Positions 37,036 through 46,460 of a stretch of DNA of 64,000 bases are shown in pieces (position 1 is the first letter of the stretch; every line of letters starts with the position of its first letter). A program made the position numbers and the translations under genes. The notes under the pieces were generated by a model that saw only the letters and a program-made list of their open reading frames with translations, was not told where the DNA came from and made no database searches. The DNA comes from Escherichia phage vB_EcoM_Schickermooser, in the sequence record NC_048196.1. One strand, 5' to 3'.

Positions 37036-39276
37036 TCACATCTTGCAAGCTTCACAACCACCATCAGAATCTTCTTGTGCTAAAGAGTCTGCTGATTTTG
37101 TTCTACTATTAAGGTAATACAATGATTTGCCACCCAGTCTAGCAAAATTCAGAATAAACTGCATCTCAGCTTTCACGGATAAACGTCCACCTACCAATTT
37201 AGAATAATCTAGCCAAGAATCACAAGAAATTCCTTGGTCAGTAAACTTGGTAAAGATACCATACATTTCTGCAAGGTCTTTAGCCGGAGTATCCCAGGCA
37301 GATTGGTAGAACATTTTCAGTTTTTCGTAGTCTGGAACAATAAATAATACACTACCTTTCTGACTTTGTTTATACATAATGGTATCACGAACAGGATACA
37401 GAGAGTTAGTAGTATTGCTTACCAAACTGCTGGACTCATTAGGTGCAATAGCAGCCAATACACTGTTACGGATACCACCTTGTTCAATGATTTCAGCACG
37501 TAAACCTTCCCAGTCCATTTTAAGATCAAAATTACCGATACTATCTACTGTTTTAGCATAGGTGTCAATTGGTAGCCAACCTTGAGGCCATTTGGTCTTA
37601 TCGATCCATTCCGCATTACCTTTTTCCTTAGCCAGACGCAGAGAGGCTTTTGCCAACCAAAAGTAATGACGTTCTGCAAGTTCATGCATTAATTTTTTAG
37701 CATAAGCATCTGAATAATTTACAAAATTACTTGCCAAGTAATGCGCTAAGTTTGTAATACCTACACCAATAGATCTACGTGCTTTAGCAGTTATTTCGTT
37801 ATGTTTAAATGGATAATCCATTGTTTCAATAACGTTGTCAATTGTCAATACAGTGTAGTATGCAACATCCTCATATTCTTCAGGTAATACACGACCAGCA
37901 ACAATAGAAGATAAGAAGCATAAAGCCAATTCTTGATCTTCTGTATTCTCACCAGTAAAGAGATCCGGCATACTGTGGAAAGCTTTAGTTGGCAAGAAGA
38001 TCTCTTGACACAGGTTTGATTGATACACCGTATCCAGGAAAGGTGTATGGTTGTTAACGTTGTCAGCAAAGAACATGTAAATACGTCCTGTTTCTGCACG
38101 TTGAACAATAATCTCTGTCAGAAGATCACGAGCCTTAACAAATTTTTTCTTAATGCGACGACGACTTACTTTGTCATAAACTGCATCAAACTCTTCTTCA
38201 CTTTTATATAAAGCTTCATAAAGTTCAGGAGCATCATCACAACTAACTAACATCCAGTCTTCGTTTTTTGCTGCTCGACGCAAGAACGAACGGTTAACAA
38301 CAATAGAATAATCTAGTTTATCCACTCGTTTATCTATAGGTGTTGTTGGATTCTTCAGTCGAATCAGATCGTCGAAGTCTGGTTCAAGTATGGTAAAGGT
38401 AACTGTAGCACTACCTCCACGGCTTGCTTGCTTTGAAGCTCCAACACTATCTTCCATCCATTTCAGATACGGAAGAAGACCACCGTGAATAATACGATTA
38501 TTCTTAACACCTTGACCTGTGGCACGAGTTTGAAGATTAACACCAATACCTGCGTTATTCAACGTATACTCATGAGCTAAGTAATTAGCAATGGCTAAAG
38601 ACTCTGCCGTATCGTCTGCACGGAATAAACAACAAGACGCACTTCCTTTGATTGGAGTTCGTAGAGTTGTCAGATATGGCGATGGCAGATTAATCTTAAG
38701 ATCGCTGACATAAGTATAAAGTTTTTTAATATCTTCTATACGGCGTTCTTTTGGTTGGATCTCCATAACCTTCATTGCGATACCAATGAAAAGGAACTGT
38801 GGAGACTCATGCACCACATCGTTTACTGCATCTCGAATAAGATATTTATCCACCATTTGACGTAAAACAGAATAACCATAAGTTAGATTTTTATTATGCT
38901 TTACAATCTTACCGATTTCTTTGATCTCTTCATCAGTATAATCCATTTTAGCCCAATGACCACGTTCTACCATATCATGATAAAAGGTATTCAGTGAAGG
39001 GATACTGTGGTATCCCCCATGAGCCTGTTTGTAAATCATACCCAGAAGAAGTCTTCCTGCCATATCACTGTAAGCTTGTGTTTTCTTGTCAATACACGCT
39101 GCAATCATTGCTTTATGCAGATCACGTGTAGACACACCGTCATAACACCGCTTCACAGCTTCTAATTCAATTTCAGACCAGTTTAGTTTACCTGCTGCAA
39201 ATTCAGACCACTTGCGAAGTTTTTCTGGATTAAACTCCTCTGTCTTACCGTTAGATTTAGTTACAAAACGAATCAA
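37036..39276 (-). CDS. nrdA: ribonucleotide reductase class Ia alpha subunit
   Basis: 746 aa; ATP-cone-like N-terminus; C-terminal Cys pair (CEACKM); TTG start after GGAGGAGAAG. Confidence 0.85.
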   Translation of the reverse strand: MIRFVTKSNGKTEEFNPEKLRKWSEFAAGKLNWSEIELEAVKRCYDGVSTRDLHKAMIAACIDKKTQAYSDMAGRLLLGMIYKQAHGGYHSIPSLNTFYHDMVERGHWAKMDYTDEEIKEIGKIVKHNKNLTYGYSVLRQMVDKYLIRDAVNDVVHESPQFLFIGIAMKVMEIQPKERRIEDIKKLYTYVSDLKINLPSPYLTTLRTPIKGSASCCLFRADDTAESLAIANYLAHEYTLNNAGIGVNLQTRATGQGVKNNRIIHGGLLPYLKWMEDSVGASKQASRGGSATVTFTILEPDFDDLIRLKNPTTPIDKRVDKLDYSIVVNRSFLRRAAKNEDWMLVSCDDAPELYEALYKSEEEFDAVYDKVSRRRIKKKFVKARDLLTEIIVQRAETGRIYMFFADNVNNHTPFLDTVYQSNLCQEIFLPTKAFHSMPDLFTGENTEDQELALCFLSSIVAGRVLPEEYEDVAYYTVLTIDNVIETMDYPFKHNEITAKARRSIGVGITNLAHYLASNFVNYSDAYAKKLMHELAERHYFWLAKASLRLAKEKGNAEWIDKTKWPQGWLPIDTYAKTVDSIGNFDLKMDWEGLRAEIIEQGGIRNSVLAAIAPNESSSLVSNTTNSLYPVRDTIMYKQSQKGSVLFIVPDYEKLKMFYQSAWDTPAKDLAEMYGIFTKFTDQGISCDSWLDYSKLVGGRLSVKAEMQFILNFARLGGKSLYYLNSRTKSADSLAQEDSDGGCEACKM

Positions 39277-39292
39277 CTTCTCCTCCCTATTA

Positions 39293-39547
39293 TTAATGCA
39301 TATTCAAAACATCTACATCATAACCGAACTTCATTTCATTAAAAAGTCCATTAGCATATAGAAAACCTTCAAAATGAGTTATGTCATCAAACCCTTTTGC
39401 TTTTGCTCGACGGTCTGCTTCTTGTCTTTTAGGAGATAAACGTTTTGAAGTGTCTAGAATTACAGTTACATTACAACCAACAGTTTCATCAAAATAGACT
39501 TCGATTTCACAGCCTTCATATTTATTATCAGTCATTGTCCCTCTCAT
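39293..39547 (-). CDS. hypothetical protein
   Basis: 84-aa ORF. Confidence 0.45.
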   Translation of the reverse strand: MRGTMTDNKYEGCEIEVYFDETVGCNVTVILDTSKRLSPKRQEADRRAKAKGFDDITHFEGFLYANGLFNEMKFGYDVDVLNMH

Positions 39548-39954
39548 TGATTAGTATCATCTGCTTTCGCAGGATCATAAGAGTTACCGAAATCATCCAT
39601 CTTAATATGTGACGCACCCCAACCTGTAAATTCTTCATCACCAAAATGAAAAATATCATTTTCTTGGTAGATTCGTTTAAAACCACAATTAGGTGAAACA
39701 GGGAAAGTGAAAAGCGTTGTATTTGCAAACACTACTCGCTTATCGTTATTGCTTCGGATATTCACATTACGCTCAACAGAATAGTGTGAATCTTCAGCCA
39801 TACCCAGCATTACAAGCGACGCTCTAATAACAGCATTTTGTTTCTCGTGTGGGATATTACCATTGTGTTTATTTGATTCTAGTTTCCAGATAGGGGTAGA
39901 CATTACAGTAGACATGCTTACGGTAGCCCAAGTTGTAGTATTTACTAATGACAT
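39544..39954 (-). CDS. hypothetical protein
   Basis: ATG 39954 after AAGGAGAAAAT. Confidence 0.5.
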   Translation of the reverse strand: MSLVNTTTWATVSMSTVMSTPIWKLESNKHNGNIPHEKQNAVIRASLVMLGMAEDSHYSVERNVNIRSNNDKRVVFANTTLFTFPVSPNCGFKRIYQENDIFHFGDEEFTGWGASHIKMDDFGNSYDPAKADDTNQ

Positions 39955-40052
39955 ATTTTCTCCTTCATTTTGAATGGGAGGACTCACCTCCTCCCAGTAT
40001 TGTGCTATATTATACTAAAACTAATACTAAAGTCAATAACTATTTAAACAGA

Positions 40053-41051
40053 TCACCATTTAGTATGATTTGTTAAAAGTTGACGATGTTGAATCCAGCC
40101 TTTGAAATTGCCAGACCAAAACTTACCATTACGATCTACATGGGTAATACCTGGTTCCCAAGAGTTAAAATCCCAAGGAGCATTGATAAACAAATCTTCA
40201 AAACAGTTCTCTCCGTATTGTTCGCATGTTTCTTGCATTGGGGTGGCTTGATGTTCAAACGGAGAAGCATGAACCTTGCGCCCAGTTAGCAAACGACCAT
40301 AGATATCTAAAGCTTTATCTTTAGTTGCATTCAAACGACGATAGCTAACCTGTGCACAACACGAAGCTGAAATAGCTTTGGCTTCTTCCAAAGTAAGCAC
40401 AACAACTTCTCCAGATTCATCTTGAACATAGTATCCACCAAAAACAAAATGATCGTCACCTTCTGTGCCAATACTATCATAGAAATGGTCTACATAAGGT
40501 GTGTGCCATTGCCCTGGTTTCAGCACTTCTGGTGTAGATTCTTCATACTCTTTGTGCATCTCTTTAGCCAAAGCCTCGATAGTAGGATCGGCTTCTTTGT
40601 CATCACGTAGCCACCAGAAATTTTCATATTCTGTTGCTGTCAGAACTGTTTTAATTCGTTGGAAAGGTTCCAGAAGACGGTTTGCAACTTGTTTGTGGTA
40701 CCCTGCCAAAGAGAATTCTTCTGCAAAACGTGCTGCACTAAGCGCGGCAAGATCCCACCACTCTTGAGCAGTATAACCTGCATCAATAAGAGCATCATGG
40801 TCAACACCTTTATCCTGCATACCAGGTTGGTTAGCCCCAAAACGATAAGGACGAGCAGGTTGACTTCGCACCATTTCAATCAGTGTTTTAACAGGTATAG
40901 CACGGCTAGAAGCAGCATTACGACTGAACAGGCGGTGAGTCATCAATTCTGAATGAATAATACGTGGATACTCTAGTTCAAAAGTTACAATCTCTTTTCC
41001 GTCTTCAGTGATGGAATGCGCAATAATACTAGCCGAAATCTGTTTTGTCAT
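40053..41051 (-). CDS. thyX: ThyX-like flavin-dependent thymidylate synthase (variant motif)
   Basis: THRLFSRNAASSRA aligns to the ThyX RHR-x7-S-x-R signature, with Thr in place of the first Arg. Confidence 0.55.
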   Translation of the reverse strand: MTKQISASIIAHSITEDGKEIVTFELEYPRIIHSELMTHRLFSRNAASSRAIPVKTLIEMVRSQPARPYRFGANQPGMQDKGVDHDALIDAGYTAQEWWDLAALSAARFAEEFSLAGYHKQVANRLLEPFQRIKTVLTATEYENFWWLRDDKEADPTIEALAKEMHKEYEESTPEVLKPGQWHTPYVDHFYDSIGTEGDDHFVFGGYYVQDESGEVVVLTLEEAKAISASCCAQVSYRRLNATKDKALDIYGRLLTGRKVHASPFEHQATPMQETCEQYGENCFEDLFINAPWDFNSWEPGITHVDRNGKFWSGNFKGWIQHRQLLTNHTKW

Positions 41052-41060
41052 TTTTTCTCC

Positions 41061-41669
41061 TTAGTTTTTAAAATTGTTCAAAGTGTTAAAAACATCCAAA
41101 CATGTTAACCACTGATCTTCTAAACCTGTGATCACAACATTTGGTTTTTTCTTTAGTTCTTCTAGATGGTTATCTTTATAAGGCGTATTAAAATATATTT
41201 TAACCACTTCATCTGGAAAATATAGTAGGTTATCAGCCCTGTCATCTATTGCTATATCACAAGGCAATAAGTATTTTTCTTTCGTAGCAAAAAAGCCGTT
41301 ACCAGATCCTTTGCTAAAATCAATCGTATCTAACGTTCTTAAAACATGCTTATGTTTAGAACTTAAGTGACCACCTTTTGTCACACTTGCGATCAAAAGA
41401 TTGCTACCTTTCCTTGAAACATACTTTAAGAAATCTGGCATACCTGGAACAAAACCCATTGTATCATAGAGATGAGGATTATCCAGAAATCCGTAAGGAT
41501 CTATATTGAACTCCTCCCTGAAACCAGGAAAGTAGTTGGTAAGATCATAGTCTGCATTTTTTGTGAATGTGTCTATCTTAACACCAAGTCCACTAATCTT
41601 ATTCAACCATTCTAACCAAGCAACATCTAATGGAGCCACAACTAAATCCCAATCACATACTATCTGCAT
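41061..41669 (-). CDS. HAD-superfamily nucleotidase (putative 5'-deoxynucleotidase)
   Basis: N-terminal CDWDLVV matches HAD motif I DxDx(V/T). Confidence 0.45.
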   Translation of the reverse strand: MQIVCDWDLVVAPLDVAWLEWLNKISGLGVKIDTFTKNADYDLTNYFPGFREEFNIDPYGFLDNPHLYDTMGFVPGMPDFLKYVSRKGSNLLIASVTKGGHLSSKHKHVLRTLDTIDFSKGSGNGFFATKEKYLLPCDIAIDDRADNLLYFPDEVVKIYFNTPYKDNHLEELKKKPNVVITGLEDQWLTCLDVFNTLNNFKN

Positions 41670-41705
41670 AAAACCTCCTCTCTCTTTTAGTATAGTTATC
41701 TTATA

Positions 41706-42260
41706 CTAACTTTCAATTTCCTGCAATAGGATTTTGACTATTTGTTTGCGGCGTTTCGCTACTGTGCTTTCAGGTTCTATTTTACGCTTCTTCAACCAAG
41801 CTTTATCTTTCTTAGCTCTACACAAAGCTATTGCTTCTTTTTCAGCTTTCGCTTCTTCAAAAGATATGCCTTGCTTGTCTGCATAAGCAAGAATAGAGTT
41901 GCACAATTTACAAACCATTCGCAAATCTTCTTCTTTCACATAGATTAAACGGAAAACAAAAAGAGGAATATCATCAAAACATTGAAGTTGTTTTGCTGCG
42001 TGAATATGATCCACTTGGAAGTCTTTCATTCCTCCTCTATGTCCACATATTTCGCACTCACAATTCCAAACTTGTTTTGGTTTTCCAGTTTTCTTGTCTA
42101 TCATCACATTGCCGTCTTTATCTACGCGATCAACTTTAAAACGCCTTGCATTGATAACCTTAATTTTATTAGGGTGTCTCATCCATGCTTTTCTAAAACA
42201 TCCTCTAAGATAAGTATAAAATTCCGCTTGTGTTTTCCAGGGTGTTCCTTCACCCCACAT
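41706..42260 (-). CDS. HNH endonuclease
   Basis: CECEICGH ... DHIH ... CKLCN; ATG 42260 preferred over TTG 42281. Confidence 0.55.
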   Translation of the reverse strand: MWGEGTPWKTQAEFYTYLRGCFRKAWMRHPNKIKVINARRFKVDRVDKDGNVMIDKKTGKPKQVWNCECEICGHRGGMKDFQVDHIHAAKQLQCFDDIPLFVFRLIYVKEEDLRMVCKLCNSILAYADKQGISFEEAKAEKEAIALCRAKKDKAWLKKRKIEPESTVAKRRKQIVKILLQEIES

Positions 42261-42448
42261 TATTTTTGGTTCACCTGCCAATATTGCTCACCTTTTTAGC
42301 TGTATATTCCCCTGGTGGGATATTGTGTTTAAAAAACAAAAGGCGGTCTAACCCCGCCTTGCACATTGTTTCTGGAATAGTCAAAGTTAGTAAAAGTTTA
42401 TCACCTTTTCGGTTGAATATTTTATAAACTTCTCCTGCTCCATATTGT

Positions 42449-42850
42449 TTAGTATTGCTCGCCACTAATACGTTCCTTAAGTTGTTTAATAGCTTCAACT
42501 GCATCTACATAAGAAGAGTTATACATGTGTTTCAGTGCCACTCGGATTAAAGGATCTTTTGTGAAGAAATCAATAAGAAGCATAGCTTGATCATGTTTAG
42601 CTGCATTTGTCATAGATGGATAATTTTCACGAACCATATACGTGTTATTTTGCATAAGGGTTCTTTCTAGTTCGATACAATGAATAGCTTTATCTAGGTT
42701 AATCTGACGTTCACCTTTAATACGTGTTGCGTATTTTGCCAATTTGCAAAAACAAGGTGTGCCACCAACCAAATAAGTTAGTTCGATAGGTTGCATTGCC
42801 ATTTTTGTGTAGTGATCACCGTCAACCTGATTATCAAAAGCATTAGACAT
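42449..42850 (-). CDS. hypothetical protein
   Basis: 133-aa ORF. Confidence 0.5.
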   Translation of the reverse strand: MSNAFDNQVDGDHYTKMAMQPIELTYLVGGTPCFCKLAKYATRIKGERQINLDKAIHCIELERTLMQNNTYMVRENYPSMTNAAKHDQAMLLIDFFTKDPLIRVALKHMYNSSYVDAVEAIKQLKERISGEQY

Positions 42851-43115
42851 AATTTTCCTCCTGAATTCCTACTGCGCCTTCTTCTGGGTAATCTGTATAA
42901 TAAGCTACCCTACCTTGATAGATAACATCACCATCATCATTGTAGATTGCTGTATCTTCTTGAATTGTTATTTTAACGTCAAGTAAATCTGGGTCTTTCT
43001 CGATGGTGTAGTTTAAACCTAACATTTCAAACAGTTCGAAAATTTCGTTACCTGTTAATGTAATGCTCATATTTCCTCCTTTTATTGTGGTTAGCAGAGT
43101 ATACACTAATATCAA
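42843..43115 (-). CDS. hypothetical protein
   Basis: AAGGAGGAAAT SD then ATG. Confidence 0.5.
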   Translation of the reverse strand: MILVYTLLTTIKGGNMSITLTGNEIFELFEMLGLNYTIEKDPDLLDVKITIQEDTAIYNDDGDVIYQGRVAYYTDYPEEGAVGIQEENYV

Positions 43116-43125
43116 ATTTTTGTCA
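43097..43125 (-). promoter_or_regulatory. sigma70-like promoter, minus strand (TTGACA-N17-TATACT)
   Basis: directly downstream of terminator hairpin 43132-43150. Confidence 0.5.
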
Positions 43126-43131
43126 ATAAAA

Positions 43132-43150
43132 AAGGGAGCAATAAGCTCCC
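43132..43150 (-). terminator. intrinsic terminator, minus strand
   Basis: AGGGAGC-AATAA-GCTCCCT hairpin followed by TTTTTTA. Confidence 0.5.
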
Positions 43151-43156
43151 TGATTA

Positions 43157-44116
43157 TTAGATTCCAATAATAGTTGCTGCTCGTTTATCTTTGGATCTGG
43201 TGTTTGCTCTACTACGTGACAAACCTCCACAAGATTCACAACGAATGATATCGAAAGAACTTACCGCAGTGTGGTATTGTTTACCAGTAACAACGTGAAC
43301 GTGATCACTGCCACAACGAGAACAACGGACCTTCTCATCTGGGTAATAAGCGGATAAGTTAGGATGCTGTGGAATCCACGGAAGGATTTTCATATACAAA
43401 TCACGGAGCGAAACAACATCACCATCATTGTAAATCTGCATACGTTCAAAAGCATCACGATCACCTTCACAACATGCTTTCCATAAAGGGAACCCCTCGT
43501 TATCCAGTTTTTCACTTTCTGTTTCGAAATATGCTCCCATTTCTTTAAGGGAGTTGGAAGGAAGTGCAAATTGTTTCTTAGCTGCCTTCAATGTATCAAC
43601 AACTACATAATTAGAAGGAGGAGCCATATCGTGATATGCAAATCGTTGGTTAATGTATGCACGGTCAAACTTATATCCGTTGTGTGCCACAACTACATCT
43701 GCCTCATTCAGAAGGTTCCAAAGATCTTGGCAAAGCTCCCAATCATCTGTATGATCAATATCAAAAAGAGGATAAGAAGACAAGTTCTTACCTTCCACTT
43801 CACCAGTATACAGGTCGGCAGAAGAGTAAGATAACAAATAACCCCTACGAATTACTTGATCTGGAGAAATGAAGGCTTTGAATCGACGGAAAGTATATGC
43901 AATCTCTGGTGCAGTTTCAACATCAATAATTTTAATAACTGGTTGTTTCTTTTTAACTGGCTCTTGTTTACTTGCTCCGAATCGTGCAAGGAAATCGTTC
44001 ACTGTGCTTTTTCTTGTTGGACTACCTAAAACAATTGCTGCAATATTGCGAGAAGACATACCCTCTGCACTCATACTAAGGATATCTGCTTTCTGCTCTT
44101 CTGTTAATCTGCTCAC
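43157..44116 (-). CDS. DEDD-type 3'-5' exonuclease with N-terminal HTH and C-terminal zinc ribbon
   Basis: IIDVETA (Exo I), VVAHNGYKFD (Exo II), YNDGD (Exo III-like); CSRCG ... CESCGG. Confidence 0.55.
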   Translation of the reverse strand: MSRLTEEQKADILSMSAEGMSSRNIAAIVLGSPTRKSTVNDFLARFGASKQEPVKKKQPVIKIIDVETAPEIAYTFRRFKAFISPDQVIRRGYLLSYSSADLYTGEVEGKNLSSYPLFDIDHTDDWELCQDLWNLLNEADVVVAHNGYKFDRAYINQRFAYHDMAPPSNYVVVDTLKAAKKQFALPSNSLKEMGAYFETESEKLDNEGFPLWKACCEGDRDAFERMQIYNDGDVVSLRDLYMKILPWIPQHPNLSAYYPDEKVRCSRCGSDHVHVVTGKQYHTAVSSFDIIRCESCGGLSRSRANTRSKDKRAATIIGI

Positions 44117-45243
44117 TCTGCCTCCTGTTGCGAGATGTATGACTGAAGCATACTCTCAAATGTTGTATCGTCATTATCCCAGCGTTTCATGTATACCAAC
44201 TGGAAAATTGTTTCTATCCATTCATCTGTTGTCATATGGACTTCTTCTCCATCCCAAGAAGTAAAATTAACACCATCTGGGAACCATGAGTAGTAAGTAT
44301 CTTTAACTGTTTGGAAAAGTTCTGCTTGAGTTTTACAAGCTGAAAGAAGATTAAAACAAGTAATATCTCCGAACTTAATATCAAAATCTTGATAAGGTCG
44401 GATACTATCTGTTTTATCTCCCATTAGCATCTGATATGCTAACCAGTAACTGCCCCAACCTTTAACTTCTTTCTTTTTACCTTTATCTACGATCCATATG
44501 TCGCCAATAGACTCGTCAATAAGAATTATATCTGGATTTTTAAATACTCCATCCTCTTTGTAGAAATTAAAAAGGATACTAGGAGTATGTAAACTATCTT
44601 TATCTATAGATACAACGATATAAGAAAATTTACCCGTCCTTTTATAATCTTTATAACCTTGGAAACCATACTTCTCTAACTCATCATCAGCTTCTATTAC
44701 AGTAACAACATCACCATTGTGGAACTCCACAAGATAATCTTTGGTTTCTGAAAGCTGGAGTGGTTTGATATCTAATCGTTCAGATTTATATTCTACAGGC
44801 ATTTTGAAGGCGTGTCTGAAAGTTTTTCCTACGCCAATAACTCCGCAATATTTTTCTAAACGTAGATGTTTTAGAATACCTAAGACTTTTGTTTTAGCTG
44901 CTTGGAAGGTGTGTCCGATATCTTCTGGCGGATATTGCTTATCAATGATTTCGAACTCTTCCTTTGTGAAGGGACGTTTGTTTTTGGAGGCTCTTTCTGC
45001 ATTTGTATCTCCTAGCCAACCTCCAATTTTAGTCTTGCTTTTACCCCAAAACTCTGTCTTATTTTTAAATTCCTTTTGAGCACCTGAAGGGATGTGCTTC
45101 GCAATGATTGTTCTTTTCTCTAATGCAGACGCTGCTTGGAAAGCGATCTGATCATAATCAATTGCAGCTATTGTTTCTTCGTTGACATATAAATGAAGAT
45201 CTTCAGGTTTAATTAAAATATAACCGCTAATATTTCCCCCTAA
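44113..45243 (-). CDS. FEN-family 5'-3' exonuclease/flap endonuclease-like protein; start unresolved
   Basis: EADD, SIDKD and GDKTDSIRP motifs; frame is open from first ATG (44802) up to 45243 with no ATG/GTG/TTG. Confidence 0.45.
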   Translation of the reverse strand, partial: LGGNISGYILIKPEDLHLYVNEETIAAIDYDQIAFQAASALEKRTIIAKHIPSGAQKEFKNKTEFWGKSKTKIGGWLGDTNAERASKNKRPFTKEEFEIIDKQYPPEDIGHTFQAAKTKVLGILKHLRLEKYCGVIGVGKTFRHAFKMPVEYKSERLDIKPLQLSETKDYLVEFHNGDVVTVIEADDELEKYGFQGYKDYKRTGKFSYIVVSIDKDSLHTPSILFNFYKEDGVFKNPDIILIDESIGDIWIVDKGKKKEVKGWGSYWLAYQMLMGDKTDSIRPYQDFDIKFGDITCFNLLSACKTQAELFQTVKDTYYSWFPDGVNFTSWDGEEVHMTTDEWIETIFQLVYMKRWDNDDTTFESMLQSYISQQEAE

Positions 45244-45453
45244 TTATTCATCGTCATCCTCTGTTGAGAATGTTTTAGTATACGGACATTGACGACTTTT
45301 CGGGATTGCTATAACTTCATCTTGGTTAGCGTTAGAATAGTAGCAATATTTTGTGTTGCCATTAACTTCAGAATCAGACAAGATTAAAGTAATTTGACCT
45401 GCTGCTACTGTGAAACTAAAAGCTAAAAGAACGACTGTCAGAATCTTTTTCAT
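45244..45453 (-). CDS. small secreted protein
   Basis: signal-peptide-like MKKILTVVLLAFSFTVAAG; AGGAGG SD. Confidence 0.5.
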   Translation of the reverse strand: MKKILTVVLLAFSFTVAAGQITLILSDSEVNGNTKYCYYSNANQDEVIAIPKSRQCPYTKTFSTEDDDE

Positions 45454-45468
45454 AACGCCTCCTAAAAA

Positions 45469-45492
45469 GCCTACCTCATTAAGTAGGTAGGC
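45469..45492 (-). terminator. stem-loop GCCTACCT...AGGTAGGC
   Basis: perfect 8-bp inverted repeat followed on minus strand by TTTTT, then the SD. Confidence 0.4.
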
Positions 45493-45521
45493 ATAATATC
45501 ATAACTAATCCCGCAAGTCAA
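45493..45521 (-). promoter_or_regulatory. sigma70-like promoter, minus strand (TTGACT-N17-TATTAT)
   Basis: -35 is the reverse complement of 45516-45521, -10 of 45493-45498. Confidence 0.5.
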
Positions 45522-45525
45522 GAAC

Positions 45526-46404
45526 TTATTTAAGGATTGTTGCTTTGGTTAAATCTTCCATCAGACCTCGAATCTCATTGAAGCACAGAAGGACTGAAGC
45601 TTCAATACTACCTTCTTCGTCTGCAAAATATTTCGGAAAACGTAGTTTAGAAAGTTTAAACTCTTTATCCACTACAAAATCTACAACACCGTCATATTCA
45701 AGACCGATTGCAACAACATCTTTACCATCTTCTTTTAGTTCGACAGCTTTAGACTCGTATAGAGATTCTTTACTCCAAACAACAACGCCCTCGCTATCCT
45801 CCATTTTGATATAATTTCCGAGAGTAATACGATCTGCTTCGTGATTCTCCAGCAATTCACCAAAACCTTTTACAATAGCTTCTTCGTGCACACTAAAACC
45901 TACCGAAGGGAAAGTCCCCAGGACGGAACGGAGGAAAGAAGTAATCTCTTCTGCAACCTTTTTACTTCCATTAAGAACATAAAGAAGATTCGTAGTTTTA
46001 TCCAAGACAACATAGTTAAAGAAATCTTCAGGTTCTGTTTCAGGCAATAGTGCAAATTCAATATCTTCTTTCATTGCTTTGACTACTTCTTTATCGACAT
46101 AAAACTCTTTACCTTCGCTCTCCATGTCCTGACGCATTTCTTCTAGACGTTCATTCAGAATACGTTTAACTTTCTTTTTATCTACCTTCTTCACAGATTG
46201 ACCTACATTAAGCAGTTCAAGATCTGAAAACTCTTTTACAAATTTAGAGTCATCTTCGAAACGAACAAGACCGATAGTGTGTGACTGGGAGCCTTCTGCT
46301 GTTACAAATTCCAGAGGAATATCTGTAATGCTGTTAAGGGATGCTACAGAAGCATTGTCACCAACAACCATAGGCAGAGCGGATTTAAAAGATTTTACAA
46401 ACAT
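45526..46404 (-). CDS. hypothetical protein, possibly RdgC-like
   Basis: 292 aa; LNGSKKVAEEITSFLRSVLGTFPSV loosely resembles RdgC as recalled. Confidence 0.35.
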   Translation of the reverse strand: MFVKSFKSALPMVVGDNASVASLNSITDIPLEFVTAEGSQSHTIGLVRFEDDSKFVKEFSDLELLNVGQSVKKVDKKKVKRILNERLEEMRQDMESEGKEFYVDKEVVKAMKEDIEFALLPETEPEDFFNYVVLDKTTNLLYVLNGSKKVAEEITSFLRSVLGTFPSVGFSVHEEAIVKGFGELLENHEADRITLGNYIKMEDSEGVVVWSKESLYESKAVELKEDGKDVVAIGLEYDGVVDFVVDKEFKLSKLRFPKYFADEEGSIEASVLLCFNEIRGLMEDLTKATILK

Positions 46405-46460
46405 GTTTCCTCCTATTTAATACATCTCACATTACCGCCCATAAAGGGCGGCTTACAACA

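Noticed and set aside
42271-42504. 77-aa minus-strand ORF between the HNH gene and the 42449 gene
   Set aside because: Overlaps both neighbours and spans the intergenic hairpin at 42341-42361. A real gene here would have to be a much shorter internal-start product.
44830-44858. Walker-A-like GVIGVGKT in the FEN-like gene extension
   Set aside because: Matches GxxGxGKT, but the context fits a 5'-3' exonuclease rather than an NTPase. Treated as coincidental.
44741-45079. 112-aa plus-strand ORF
   Set aside because: Antisense to the open FEN-like reading frame; Ser/Leu-rich low-complexity translation.
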